Origin: the human T2T-CHM13v2.0 reference genome, Homo sapiens
Direction: 5' to 3' (one strand)
Assembly: GCF_009914755.1 (NCBI RefSeq)
Contig: NC_060927.1
Length of the DNA: 64,000 nt
The translations under genes were made by a program, and so were the position numbers. Positions within the stretch are counted from its first letter, which is position 1. Every line of letters begins with the position of its first letter. The notes beneath the pieces were generated by a model. It ran no database searches, was not told the DNA's origin, and worked only from the letters and a program-made list of their open reading frames with translations. Shown here one piece after another: positions 35,736-49,821 of the stretch.

Positions 35736-36959
35736 TAAGTGAATTTCAGCTCCATGTAATCACATAGGGCTTGATTAAATCAATCAGATACATACTTGAT
35801 TTTTCACATATTTAGAATATGTATTTGTGTGATTCCAAAGTCTTCTGCCTTGGGAGTTACCAGTGGACTATTATACATTGACATTTGATTTAACTTGGAA
35901 GATCATGTATGGAGATAACAAGGTTAAGGCCCCTTTAAATAGCTTAGGATAGCAAATATCTAACTGGATATTTCTAAAGACATTACACCACAGTTTTAGG
36001 AAATTGGATTTTCCTTCCAAACAATTATTTTAACATTTCGTTCTATATTTTGCATTTTAAAAGGCAAACTTTTCTTTCTACTTTTCATCTTTAATCTTAG
36101 AAAAGTTCTCTAAATAACATTTTCTGATATATTCAGTTAGCATTTATCTAAATAGAATTTTAGAAGTTAGTTTTTAAATTTAATGTCATCTTTAAAACAT
36201 TAAACATTCTCACTGCAAATAAACTTAAAAATATTATCTCCATATATAACTCTCTGTTTACTCATAAAACAAAGTGAGAAATATGTATGTTGCAATGCTG
36301 ATTTCTGTATTTTTTGTTCTTTTGATGAGTCTCTAAAATGGCAAATAAAATCTATCAAATTTATGACTGCAGTTCTTTTTTGTTTGGATAAAATGAAGCT
36401 GGCTTAAAACAATTAAGCTTTTTGGAACACCCAGAAGGGATTTTTTTTCTGTTGTGTGCTGGTTGTTGGAGTCTATCCAGGTATATTCAAAAATGCAGTT
36501 TTAATTTTAGTAGATATTTCTTCATGAACTTATTGTGAACTTATTTTTAACAAAAATTGTTTATAATCTCTGCTTTTGTAAAGAGGGGGTTGAGTATTGC
36601 CACTAGCCAAATCCATGGCTATAAGACTGAGGTCATAGATATGTGGTGACGTATTGTAGATTTTTTTTAAATTAAAGGTAAAATCAGAGATATACTGGGA
36701 AAAAAAGTTCTAGAGAAGAAACGTTACTCTCCAATAAATAGTAATGGACAGAATCAAGAATTTCTATAAAAGCAATTTATCTAAAGAAATCCTACGTTGG
36801 ACTATGTCTAGCTTTTTCTAAATCCTTCTATCTCTTTGGAGAAGTTATTTTGCAGTAGTTACTATATTTCTGATAACTCATTGAAATATGATTATGGTAT
36901 ATGAATAGGATGACTTACATAGCATATGCTTATTTCTTTCATGCTTTATATATGTTTAT

Positions 36960-37493
36960 TAAACAATATTCTTTCATTTGCAAGTTTCAAGAGCCCGTTT
37001 CAAAAATGGCTAAAGCACAATGGCTAGTCCAAGGATAGCTTTGACTTCTTTATCTTTTTCTTTGACTGCTTTATCTTTCCGTCCTTACCTCATCTATATT
37101 GACTGATTTGCAGGCAAGCACTTTTCACATGGTAGCCCCTAGCACCTACAGGCTTATAGACTTGCAGAAAGAGAATAACTCCATCCCAGTAGTGCTAACA
37201 AAATCTCAGATTGTGTGCTGCAGGATCTACCAGGACCCCTGGCTCTTTATGATTCAGTCACCATGGTCAGTGAGATGGAACACACTGATTGGCTAGACTT
37301 AGGTCATGATCTTCTAGCACAACCTTAGGCTCATGTGGCCTGTGAAGGCTGGTATACCAGGGAAGATCATCCCCCACAAAAACATGGACTGAGAGATGAG
37401 AATGGTAATTTTCCCCAAAGCAAAAGTATGTTGTTACCAGAAGAAGATAAAATGGTCACTAGGTAGGTAAAAATTGCAGCAGTCCACATAACA
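36960..37493 (-). mobile_element. MLT1K-like solo LTR
   Basis: tttgcaagt ... ctgattggctagacttaggtcatg ... ttccccaaagcaaaa ... gttaccagaagaag. Confidence 0.65.
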
Positions 37494-37545
37494 TCTGAAG
37501 TAAAGTAATGTGGTATATGCATCAAACAAAGCCTTTAAAAACAAG

Positions 37546-39966
37546 CCTCTCTTTCTATTTAAATAGGCTTTATTTCTTTCTCTTGCCTGATCACCCCGGC
37601 CAGAACTTCCAATACTGTGTTGAATTGAAGTGGTGAGAGAGGGCATGCTTGTCTTGTGACAGTTTTCAAAGCGAATGCTTCCAGCTTTTGCCCATTCAGT
37701 ATAATATTGCCTATGGGTTTGTCATAAATAGCTCTTATTATTTTGAGATATGTTCCATTAATACCTAGTTTATTGAGAGCTTTTAACATGAAGCGATGTT
37801 GAATTTTATCGAAGGTCTTTTCTGCATATATTGAGATAATCATATGGTTTTTGTCATTGGTTCTATTTATGTGATGGATTATGTTTATTGATTTGCATAT
37901 GTTGAACCAGTCTTGCATCCCAGAGATGAAGCCGACTTGACTGTGGGAGATAAGCTTTTTGATGTGCTGCTGGATTCAGTTTGCCAGTGTTTTATTGAGG
38001 ATTTTCACGTTGATGTGCATCAGAGATATTGACCTGAATTGTCTCTTGTTTGCAGATGACATGATTGCATATTTAGAAAATCCCATCATCTCAGCGCCCC
38101 CTGCCCCCAAAACTCCTTAAGCTGATAAGCAACCTCAGCAAAGTTTTAAGATACAAAATCAATGTGCAAAAATCACGAGAACTTCTATACACCAATAATA
38201 GATCAGCAGAGAGCCAAATCATGAGTGAACTCCCATTCACAATTGGTACAAAAAGAATAAAATACCTAGGAATACAACTTACAAGGGACATGAAGGACCT
38301 CTTCAAGGAGAACTACAAACCACTGCTCATGAAAATAAGAGGACACAAACAAATGGAAAATAATTCCATGCTCATTGATAGGAAGAATAAATATTGTGAA
38401 AATGGCCATACTGCCCAAAGTAATTTATAGATTCAATGCTATTCCCATCAAGCTACCATTGACTTTCTTCATGGAATTAGAAAAAGCTGCTTTAAATTTC
38501 ATATGAAACTAAAAAAGAGCCTATATAGCCAAGACAATCCTAAGCAAAAAGAACAAAGTTGGAGGCATCACACCACCTGACTTCAAACTATACTACAAGG
38601 CTACAGTAACCAAAACAGCATGGTACTGGTACCAAAACAGATATATAGACCAATGGAACAGAACAGAGACCTTAGAAATAACACCACACATCTACAACCA
38701 TCTGATCTTTGCCAAACCTGACAAAAACAAGCAACAGGGAAAGGGTTCCCTATTAATTAAATGGTGCTGGGAAAACTGGCTATCCATATGCAGAAAATTA
38801 AAACTGAACCCCCTCCTTATATCTTATACAAAAATTAACTCAAGATAGATTAAAGACTGAAATGTAAAACCCAAAGCCATAAATATCTTAGAAGCAAACG
38901 TAGGCAGTACCATTTAGGACATAGGCATGTTCCTAAACACCAAAGGGAATTGCAACAAAAGCCAAAATTGACAAATGGGATCCAATTAAATTAAAGAGCT
39001 TCTGCACAGCAAAAGAAACTATTATCAGAGGGAACAGGCATCCTACAGAATAGGAGAAAATTTTTGCAATATACCCATCTGACAAAGGTTTAATATCCAG
39101 AATTTATAAGGAAGTTAAACAAATTTACAAGAATAAAACAAACAACTCCATCAAAAAGTGGGTGAGGGATATGAACAGATACTTCTCAAAAGAAGACATT
39201 TATGTGGCCAACAAATATATGAAAAAAAAAAGCTTATCATCACTGGTCATTAGAGAAAGGCAAATCAAAACCACAATGAGATATCATCTCATGCCAGTTA
39301 GAATGGCTGTCATTAAAAAGTCAGGAGACAACAGGTGCTGGAGAGGATGTGGAGAAATAGGAATGCTTTTACATGGTTGGTGGGAGTGTAAATTAGTTCC
39401 ACCATTGTGGAAGACAGTGTGGCGATTCCTCAAGGATTTGGAACCAGAAATACCATTTGACCTAGCAATCCCATTACTGGGCATATACCCAAAGGATTAT
39501 AAATCATTCTATAAAGACACATGCACATGTATGTTTATTGCAGCACTGTTCACAATAGCAAAGACTTGGAACCAACCCAAATGCCCATCAATGATAGACT
39601 GGGTAAAGAAAATGTGGCACATATACACCATAGAATACTATGCAGCCATAAAAAAGGATGAGTTCATGTCCTTTGCAGGGACATGGATGAAGCTGGAAAC
39701 CATAATTCTCAGCAAACTAACACAGGAACAGAAAACCAAACACCATATGTTCTCACTCATAAGTGGGAGTTGAACAATGAGAACACATGGACACAGGGAG
39801 GGGAACATCACACACTGGGGAACATCACACACTACTCCTACAAATACCTAATGTAGATGACAGAGTGATGGGTGCAGCAAACCACCATGGCACGTGTATA
39901 CATATGTAACAAACCTGCACGTTCTCCACATGTATTCTAGAACTTAAAGTATAATAATAATAAAAA
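37546..39966 (+). mobile_element. L1PA7-like element with a 5' inversion (twin priming)
   Basis: Minus-strand RT segment 37546-38038 ([10 protein letters not shown]...KEIK), then plus strand from aattgtctcttgtttgcagatgac to the 3'UTR aacttaaagtataataataa. Confidence 0.92.
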
Positions 39967-40064
39967 TCTATGCTATAGCTAATCTATTTGAAGATTAAAT
40001 GAGAAAATTTATATAAAATGCCTGCCTGGCATATGAGACAAGCTCCAAAATATATAATCGTTCA

Positions 40065-40450
40065 AAAACAACAGAAAATTATTTCTCATTTATCTAACAA
40101 TCTGAGATGGTGTAGCTGGTTAGCAAAGATAATTCTCCCCAACTCAATTACTCAGGGAACTGAATTCCTTCCATTTTGAAGCTCTGCGACCCCCAGGGCC
40201 TTATCATTGTCATGCATTAGGTTGGTGCAAAAGTAATTGCAGATTTGCCATTACTTTTAATGGTTAATTTTTCAACCTAATACAGCCATCTGCTAAAGGA
40301 GAAAAGGGAGGAAAAAGCATAATTACTTATTCTTAGCACACAAGTGGAACATACCATTTCGTTCATCATTCATTGAGTTCCATGGCCACACCTACTCAAA
40401 AGGGGTTGAAGTATGTGGCCTATCAGTCTTTCCAGGCAGAAAAGAAAAAT
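40065..40450 (-). mobile_element. MLT1J-like LTR remnant hosting a MADE1
   Basis: ccttccattttgaagctctgc ... catggccacacctactcaaaagggg. Confidence 0.55.
40217..40280. mobile_element. MADE1 (Hsmar1 MITE) with a partly deleted right arm
   Basis: ttaggttggtgcaaaagtaattgc ... caacctaa followed by ta. Confidence 0.9.
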
Positions 40451-43400
40451 AATCTCTGAGAGGCTCATTTACTAATAATCACGAGCAATACAGAATCATG
40501 AGCTTTGCTCTAGACATAATCTGTGTAGTTATATATATATCTATCTTTTGACAGATAGATCAGCCCATACATGGAATGTAACTGATCCCTTTCAAATGAA
40601 AAATCACATTTGCAAATTTGGCCACTATGACATGTCTCAGTATAGGATTATTGAATTAAAAAATGATAAAGTTCTCAAAAGCAAATTAGTGAAAGTATGA
40701 TTAACACAACTGAATACCATTTAGCAAATAAGAAATTTTATAAAAATAAAATTTTTTAATATTCTAAAATTCTGAAAAATTTCTAACCTTAGTTTTTTTA
40801 ATTGCAAATAAAATCATTTAAACATGAGAATTTTTCTCTGCTAATTTGCAAATGTTTTTGTCCCTTTCAAAAGTGCCAAGTTATATATTTGAGGCTCAGA
40901 GTAGTTTTTGACATTGAAAGGACTTAAAAATCTCACAAACATTAGTAACCACAGAGTCCATTCATTTACTCATCGTCCATTGACTCTTCACTACGCCCTT
41001 CAAATCTCATCCCTTCACCTCAATGATCCCAGGAATTGCCTAATTCTCTGTCCTGACACATGCCTACCTCCTACGCCCAGACTCACCCCTAACATGCTGG
41101 CAGGAATTATGATACTAGTAGGGAATCTCACAGAGTCATTAGCTCACAAGGCAGAATCAAAATCTGAATTGAAGCCATAATAAATCCTAAATTATATTGG
41201 GTAGGGTAAAACAGATCACCACATAACTTGCAGAGTTGTCTTTTAAAGAAACCACGTAAGATATTCAGTTCCTAATAGTCTCACATTCTTGTATAGAATT
41301 TTCAATCTAGCAATGAGAATAAAAAAGAAGAAAGTAGATCATACTGAAAATTGAATAAAGTTAATGTTTGTAAACTCAAATCAACGAAATATTTTTATGC
41401 ATAAAGGAGATTCTAGTATTCTCTTGTAAAAGACAGGACATTAACAGCCATGGCTTTTATGGCAATGCAGCTTGTACCTGCCCAGAGCAGGTCATCAGAT
41501 GAGAATGTGACCCTTGGTCAGAAGAGCACAACAGAGCTCACTGTTAATTTGAACAGACACTGTAGCATAAAACAAAGACTCTGACACTGAAACCTTGTCA
41601 GTTAGAATGTAAATGAATCCTGCTGACAGAAAACTCTTTTCTCCATCCAGAAGCCAGAGTCATCATGGGAGGCACTGTGAACGGCTGCCTGTCAAAGCTT
41701 GCAGAGAGCCTAGGCTTCTGAACACAGTTTTTGTGGTGCTGAGAAGAGAAGACATCCATGAATGTAATTTCCTACTGGAGACAGTGTGCATCGTAGGCTG
41801 TGCACTTTAGAAGAATCTACAAGACTAGTGACGTGATTTGTTTTTTGTTTTGTATTTTTTGCCCTTTACACTATTAAGTATTTGAACTAACAGGAGGCGT
41901 CAAAATGAGGGCAGATGTGGGGTAAGCAAATGAAAATTGATGCCTTTCCTAAGTTAACAGAATAACGGCTCAATTAGTTATTTTACTGGCTTCTAGCATG
42001 GCTCTAAGGAAGCATTCTCCAGCATCATTTAAAGTCACTGCCACCACTGTAAAACTGCCCTGGAGTTCTGATTCTTACTGACTTTAAAATTAGGCTTAAA
42101 GGAGATTCTTAGGCTCAGGAACATTCTAAACACTTTGCAGTAACTGAGAAAACTTTGCCCATGATGGGGCCCCAACTAACTGTGTGATGTAGAGCGAGGG
42201 CAGATATTTAGAAAGCTGACTTTGGTAGCTGGATGGTAAGCAGGGTTCATCACATGTAAGATCTCATCTGGCAGAAGGGACTGTGATGAGGAGAACCGGG
42301 CAGCAGGCTGAGGATCAGTTCAAGTCTATCTGCTGCAGGATTCCTTTCCAATCTCTCTGAGCCTTCCTTGGACACAAGAGAAATGCTTTTATCTATTGCA
42401 GTTAAAAAACAAAAACCCCAAAATATATTTATTACATAATGTATGTTTCTACCAAGTAGCTGTTTAAGATGTGCATGTTTTTTCCTCTGGATTTGAGAAT
42501 AATGAGATCACTGATCCACACTTTGCAGATTGCTAAATCTATTTTCCTTACCCCTCCTCCCTCACATACAAAGTTAGTAAAACTACGTCAGTAGTGTATA
42601 CCTCATCTCTTCCTCTTTCTAATATAGAATTTCCTCGTGGACCATCCCAGCACTTGTCCACACATGCTCCTTTTTCTAACCACACCATACTCTCATGGGA
42701 TACCTGATGCGCCATTTCTCAATTTTCTGTGATTTTTCTTCTTTGGTTGCAAATATGCTTGGAAGAAACACACTGGCTTCTGCTTGCTATTAACGTGATA
42801 AAGTGAATTACGTTAATTCAAAGATAAATTGCTTTCTTCTTTCTGAGCAGGCCAGATTAATCCCAGACCAGACTAGAACGCACAGTAATTCTGAAGTGTG
42901 GGCCACTGTGGGCAGAAGGGACACTTGACTGAGGCTTTGATGTCATGAATTGATACAGAGAAATGTGGCAAAATAAAAACCCAGGGTATGGGGGGGTGGT
43001 CTGGGCAAGGGAAGTGGAGGCATCACCAGGAAGCAAGCAGGATTTCTGGCAAAGAATTATGAGTACTTTAAATTCTCATTTCATTTCTAATTTTGCAAAG
43101 AATGGGGCTCACCTAGGCCTTATATCATCAGCAGGTGAGATCAGAAGAGTCAGTTATGAAAATTAGTAATTTCAACCTACATATATTACCTTTTATGTGT
43201 TATATTTAAAAACATAAGAATAAAAAATATTTGGAACATACAGTAGCACAAGACAAACCAACTAAATTGTTGTTTCTGGAGCGGTATATCAAGTGTCCAA
43301 GTTAATGTTTTGACTGAGTCATTGCTATGCTCAAGGCTTTTCAGGCCAAATGTTCAAGATATTTTCTTGGCCAGAATTTAATCTACACAAACAATGTGAT

Positions 43401-43539
43401 AATTTGTGCTCCTAAGCATGACTATTGTGGTACAATTTCTTTCTCCTATTCTTTCTTAGGCTCTTTAAATCAGGCCTCTGTCTTTTAACTCTTTACGATC
43501 AGTAGAATTTTACTTTTTTCATATTGTACTTCTTAGAGA

Positions 43540-43710
43540 CTGCATGGGCCTTTGATGTTGAACATAACTTTTTGTCAAATCCTAGCCTGATCACTAATTC
43601 GCTATATGACTTTGGACAAATTATCTTCTCTGAGCCTCAATTTTTTCATCTATAAAATGCATATGGGTAATACCTGCCTTTCAGGCTTATCCTAAGACAT
43701 TTAATACAAG
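43540..43710 (+). mobile_element. MIR fragment
   Basis: gctatatgactttggacaaattatcttctctgagcctcaattttttcatctataaaatg. Confidence 0.75.
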
Positions 43711-43781
43711 GGATAAAACTTCTGTTATTACTAACCATTTGTTTTGAAAGTTAATGTTGTCATTTTCCTATTATTTTACAG

Positions 43782-43862
43782 TGTGGCATGAGGCCTAAAA
43801 TTATGTACTGTCTTGACATCTGAAACTGGGAGGGCCTCAAATGGCTTAACTGTAAGTTCTTC
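43782..43862 (+). mobile_element. Short ERV1 LTR 5' fragment (MER67-like, tentative)
   Basis: tgtactgtcttgacatctg ... ggagggcctcaaatggcttaac. Confidence 0.45.
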
Positions 43863-44090
43863 ACATCAATCTACTTCCATGAAGAAATTGAAGTCATTGT
43901 AGAAAATAAACAGAAGGATGGAAAACTGGCATCTACTGAACACCAAACAGATGCCATGTACTACCCTAGTGAGCTCAATGTTACTGACAGATAAACAAAG
44001 AATTAGAGAAGAAAGGTAGGGTGTGAAAGAATATGGGTGTGTGATATTGGCAGAATGAAGATCCAAACTCAGTATGTTTGACACCGTATT

Positions 44091-44451
44091 TATCTTAGTC
44101 AGTTTAGGGTACTATAATAGAATACTATAGACTAGGTGGCTGGAACAACAAACACTTATTTCTCACACCTCTAGAGGCTGGGAAGTCCAAGATCAAGGTG
44201 CCATGGGATCCTGTGTCTGCTGAGGGTCCTCTTCCTGGTTTGCAGGTGGAGATCTCATTGTATTTTCACATGGCTGAGGGAGAGGGAGAGGAAGCAGGCT
44301 CTCTTGTCTCTCTTTTATAATTCCGTTTATGAAGGCTCTACTCTCATGCCCTAATTAGCTTCCAAAGGCCACACCTCCAAATGTCATCACTTTGGGGGTT
44401 AGGATTTCAACATACGAATGTTGGAGGGACACAAACATTCAGTCCATAACA
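44091..44451 (-). mobile_element. MLT1A0 solo LTR
   Basis: gaggctgggaagtccaagatcaaggtgcca ... acaaacattcagtccataaca. TSD gtatt / gcatt. Confidence 0.88.
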
Positions 44452-44514
44452 GCATTCTGTGACCTTTTTACTATACCAAATATCTTTGCAGCAACGACAA
44501 CAAAAACAGAAATA

Positions 44515-44820
44515 GGCCAGGCTCAGTGGCTCATGTCTGTAATCCCAGCCCTTTGGGAAGTTAAGGTGGGCAGATCACTTGAGCCCAGAAGTTTGACACC
44601 AGCCTGTGCAACATGGTGAAACTTCATCTCTACAGAAAAATACAAAAATTAGCTGGCCTTGTGGCACATGCCTGTAGTCCCGGCTACTCAGGAGGCTGAG
44701 GTGGGATTATTGCTTGAGCCCAGGAAGCAGAGGTTCTAGTGTGCCATGATCATGCCACTGCACTCCAGCCTGGGTGACAGAGCGAGATTCCATTTCAAAC
44801 AAAAAACAAACAAAAACAAC
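44515..44820 (+). mobile_element. AluJ
   Basis: gatcacttgagcccagaagttt and gcttgagcccagga. TSD core cagaaata on both sides. Confidence 0.92.
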
Positions 44821-45149
44821 CAGAAATAATATAAGGCAATTAAATTTTGAGCAGTGTTCCAGATCCTTTCAAATTATTCCCCATGGCTTATGTGGAGAAG
44901 AATCTTCTAATTTTCTTGAGCCTTTTAAATCATAAGGATAAGGGCAGAGAGGCAAGAAAGGAAGTGTAATATAAAATCCATGAGGGCAGTATTCAGTATT
45001 GCATATTCAGATAGTGGCATCTCATAGGCTTTCAGCCAATATTTGTAAAGCAAAAAAATGAAGAAAAACATGTTTTCACACAGGTCCTTAACTGAAGCCT
45101 TGAGATTACGGAAAAGAAGATGTCATAGATTCAAACTGGGACGCCCCAT

Positions 45150-45910
45150 CCATAGCTTTCATTCATCTATTCCATAAATACTTGTTATACTGGGCACTGT
45201 GGGGATGAAATAGCAAATAAGATGTGGTATCCATCCTCCAAAAACATACTTTAAGATAATAGAGAAAGCTAATAAGGATTTTTTTGAGCATCTACTATGC
45301 ACAAAGTTCATTATAGAGGATACAGTATAGACACAAATAAGAACAACATGCCAATCAAGTTAGTTTTTGGTAAGTGTATTAAGTAGCAGAGAGCAGTAGC
45401 ACTGTGGATTTGGGGATCAGAGAATCACAGAATTTCCAAGCTGGAAGAAACTTTAGAGAGGATCTCCTTTGTCACTGCAGTGCTCCTTTATGGCCAAAGA
45501 TGAAATTCAAGCCCATCTACAAAGCACACTGGGCTCCTTAAGATCTTCCTCTTGCTCGCCTCTCTGGTTGAATTTCTTACAACTTTCCCCCTCCCACTTT
45601 AGGATATGCACTTGCCCAGGAGCATCCAATTCTCATTTCTCTATGAGCCATTCACTCCCTCTTCACTCTCTACAGTGATAATTGTCATGCGCCTCTTCCT
45701 CTTGTGGCCTCTGATCATCCCAGCTTCACCTCTGCTTTTCTTGTCACTGGGGTTCATGTCCCCTCTTTGAGTGCACAGGCATTCTTCTGTCAAAGAGCCA
45801 AATGCACACTGTGACCAAGGTCTCTCCCACTGGACTGTAAACCTCTGAGAACAGGAACAAGGCATCACCATCTTAGAAGCCCCAGTGTTTAGTTTGGGGC
45901 ATAGAACTGA
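45150..45910. mobile_element. L2 and MIR3 remnants
   Basis: ttcattcatctattccataaatac (L2 3' end, minus); aagctggaagaaactttagag (MIR3); cccactggactgtaaacctctgag (L2, plus). Confidence 0.5.
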
Positions 45911-46016
45911 CTCTTCAGAGATTAGCTCAATTGCCCAGAGGTAGATGTCATAAACAAGGTGTGAGGGACATAAGCCACAGCTTAAAAGATGAGTAAACGT
46001 TGAGTAAAGATGATAG

Positions 46017-46475
46017 TGTGAAAGTTGATTATACAAATTGGGTCATTCTTGCCATACCCACCTAAAACAGAATCAAAAAGTCAGAGGAAAAAAACCCTCA
46101 GGGTCCAAAACATTGCTCCAAAAATGTAATTATCTGAAAGCCTGGCAGCTAAAACTGTCTGCTATAAACTGAAACCAGTTTTATCTAATTGCTACTGAAA
46201 CCACTTGCTGCAACTTTAAGGCCAGTTTTACCTAATGTTGTCACTCACCAATTAGAGCTTGCCAGCTCCCCAAACCTTACTAGTACTCACGAGCTTTTTC
46301 AAAGAGCAATGTGTAACATTTCTCCTTTTTATAAAACCTCTAGCCTTTTCTTTGTTCTTTGTACGTATCAAAGACCAGGCAGTGTGTGTTGTATGCCCCA
46401 AACTGCAATTCTTTCTTCACAAATAAAACATTTTAATTTCAGAGCTTTGTCTCTGTATTTTATTTGACTTTGACG
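46017..46475 (+). mobile_element. ERV1-class solo LTR (MER65-like)
   Basis: tgtgaaagttgattatacaaattgggtcattcttg ... aataaa ... tttgactttgac. 4-bp TSD atag at 46013-46016 and 46476-46479. Confidence 0.8.
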
Positions 46476-48184
46476 ATAGGGTTGGGAACTCTGGTGAAGT
46501 CTAAGAAATCAAGTAAGCTGAAGCCTTGCTCTAACCATGGTGGGTAGACCAGTTTGTCTAAAGCAGAAAGTTAAGTAGAGAATACCTTTGAAAGGTAGAG
46601 GGAGGGCTTTAGTGCCACACAGAAATACAAGCATCTTCCTTAAAGGAATTTGATCTCATTTATCTTTTTATACTCATTAACACATTCCATCTTCTCAGAG
46701 ATAATCTAGGAGTTACTGGAGGATTTGTAGTAAAGACATGATCTTGCTAATTACATATGAATTGATTTAATAACCAATAACTTAGAGGGAAAGTCAGAGC
46801 ACAGAAGATGACTATAAGCTTTATATTTAACAGGGCAATAAGTATAGGCAAGAAAAACTCCAGGGTAAGGTCTCCAGGGCAACTTAGTTTGATTATATGT
46901 CAAGTAGAAGTTCATTAAAAAGTAATTGTCCAAAGGCATCTTAGACATCCTGAGACAGATGTTTACAAATTCTGAGTCCCTTCAATTATAGGAAGACAAG
47001 TAAACATTGACAATATTTTAATTCTAACATCATTTACAGGGATAAGTATTTCAATAAAATGAAACATTTTTGCCAGAATACATATTGACTACATCTCTTA
47101 CAGCACTTACCATTTTTTTTTTTGGTAAATAATATAGCTTTAATAGATCTGGTGCTAGTTAGTGATTTTTCTGGAGAAATGGAGACAATCATTCTGCTGA
47201 GTGTGTGTAGGTGTTCTGAACATGTCACCCATATGTGCTAATGTAAGAAATAGGCAACTAATTGCCTCAGTTACAGTGCATGGGATGTGCTATTGTGCAC
47301 ACTCCCTCTCCATGATGCACGCGGCAGTGCTGAATTCTTGCTTTATTTAACACAGGCCTCAATAAAGACAAATGATTGTTCATTAAAAACCATCCTGTGA
47401 CATGCAGAGTGGCTGTGGTGAGGATATGTAGACACTAATTCAAAATTAAAAAAAATTTAAGGTGGCAAATTTTTAATGTAAATATACCTAAAGATAATAT
47501 GTGAAACCATATCATGAAGTTTTGTGTGTTTTTCAAAAGGCATACATTTTAAAGTTTACAATGAACCCTTTTATGAGTACAACACTTTAGCTGAATTGAC
47601 CAAATCTAATGCATATTCTAGAAGCCAGCTAAGACTCTATTGCAGACAGTTTTTATTTGTTTTAATTTTGTGGCTTGGCAGCGGGAACCTTATTCCACAG
47701 TATGCCTAACTCACCTCTGCAGAGAAGGTGGATGGTTTTTTATATAGCATAATAAAAGGCTAAGGGATGCAAAGCTTTCTAATGAGTAGGTTCTGAAGTA
47801 AGAAGACACAGATATGATTATTATGAGTTTCTTAATGGCTTCTTTTCAGCTGGAGTTATTCTCAGTGTGTACCTCAGTGGGAAGAGACTCACTCTGCCTC
47901 TTCATTTTCAGTTGATAGTCCTGAAGCTGAAATCTCCTGTTTGCCTTTTGTTCAGTGAATTATAGATTTTTTTGTTAATTAAAAGTGTGAAAAGTGGCTT
48001 CATTAAGATGTACTATCCACAGACTTCTCTGTCCAATTTGAAGAAGAAAGCAGGATTTTAATGGATATTTATTGCCTGAAAAATAATAAAACTAGAATCA
48101 TAAAGAAAGCAAAGAAGAAAGAACTGGAAGGAACATGGGATTGGAGCTTATGGCTTCATCTCTGACATTTAGTCTTGTGTGGCC

Positions 48185-48430
48185 CAGAGGTTGCCATAAA
48201 ATGTCACCAAAGATCAAGTTGGGATTAAAATGAGTGAGGCAGGCCTGGTGGGGAAGACTGTGAAAAATTCAGTATTCTAAGATAACTTGATTTTTCAAGG
48301 AAAGCCAAAAATATAGATTTATGCAAAAGTGCCCAATTTTTGAATGTTGAAGACTAAATTTAACTAAAACTAAAATGCATTAAAGGCAAAACAAAACATA
48401 TCTGCAGCTGCATTCTGCCCATAGGTCCCT
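48185..48430. mobile_element. MER103C-like hAT element
   Basis: aaatgagtgaggcaggcc ... tgatttttcaaggaaagcca ... caaaacaaaacatatctgc. Confidence 0.6.
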
Positions 48431-49486
48431 AGGATAGGACTGATAGTATTTTCAGGCTTCATTTTCTTAGCAATTAAAGGAGAGACAGAAGTAGAAGATC
48501 ACTAAGGTCTTTTAGTTCTAAGATTTCCTCCTGGGCAGTGGAGTGGAGACTCTAGGGGTTCTCAAACTCTGTCTTTTCCTTTCTCCTAAGCAACACTCCT
48601 TCTGTGCAGTCTTCTGTTCAGTCTTCAAAAATTCACTCAAATACTGCCTCCTTACTTGCACTTAGAATGTGGAAAATTGCTGTAATGAGAACAGCAACAA
48701 CAACAACAATGAAGAAGAATAAAGAAGATGACAGCAATTTTTTAACTTAGAAATCTATAAATAGTTATGTCAGGTAAAATACATGCATTCACGGAATGTA
48801 CACATGACTGCAAGGATTTCCAGTTAATAATTTAAATGGCTGTTTCCACCTCAGAGTATTTTTATACTGCCTAAAGTTCTTTGGAGAAAGACAAAATGCC
48901 TTGCTTGAGAAAATCATGATATTCTTAAGTGTGGGATGGATAATTTAATACAATTTCTATATAGTGAGAATGTGATACATGAAGGCCATTGTCTTTTCCT
49001 GGAAAAGAAAGCTTTAATTTTTTGTTATAACTGACTTATACCATTTTGCATAAAGTTGAACCTGAGGGAAAACATGCATTATGACCATAACAACTCTGTC
49101 TATTAAAAGCTGTCAGCCTCTTTCTGTAAGTTAAGTGAATGATAGAGAAAATGCTATTGTATTAGCCTCCTAACTCATCTCTTGTTTATTCTTCATGCAG
49201 CAGCCAGTGTCATCTTTGAAACACAAATTTACTCTTATGACGCCCCTAATCAAAATCCTCCTATCACTTCTCACAGATCTTGTAACGTAATTCTAAGCCT
49301 TTCCTATAGTCTGTGAAGTAGTTTTAAAGTGGTTTCAAATGCTTCGGTGCTCATCCCATCAAGAGGTACAGCCTCTTTTCCCACCCTCTGAATCTGGGCT
49401 GACATTATGACTTCCTTTGATTATTAGAGATGTGTCAGAAAGGATCTTGAGCAGGTTCTGAACTGGGTATCAAGAAACCTGAAGCT

Positions 49487-49821
<335 letters not shown>

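Noticed and set aside
37039-37080. ~21-bp tandem duplication ctttgact(t/g)ctttatcttt
   Set aside because: Ordinary local slippage inside an old LTR.
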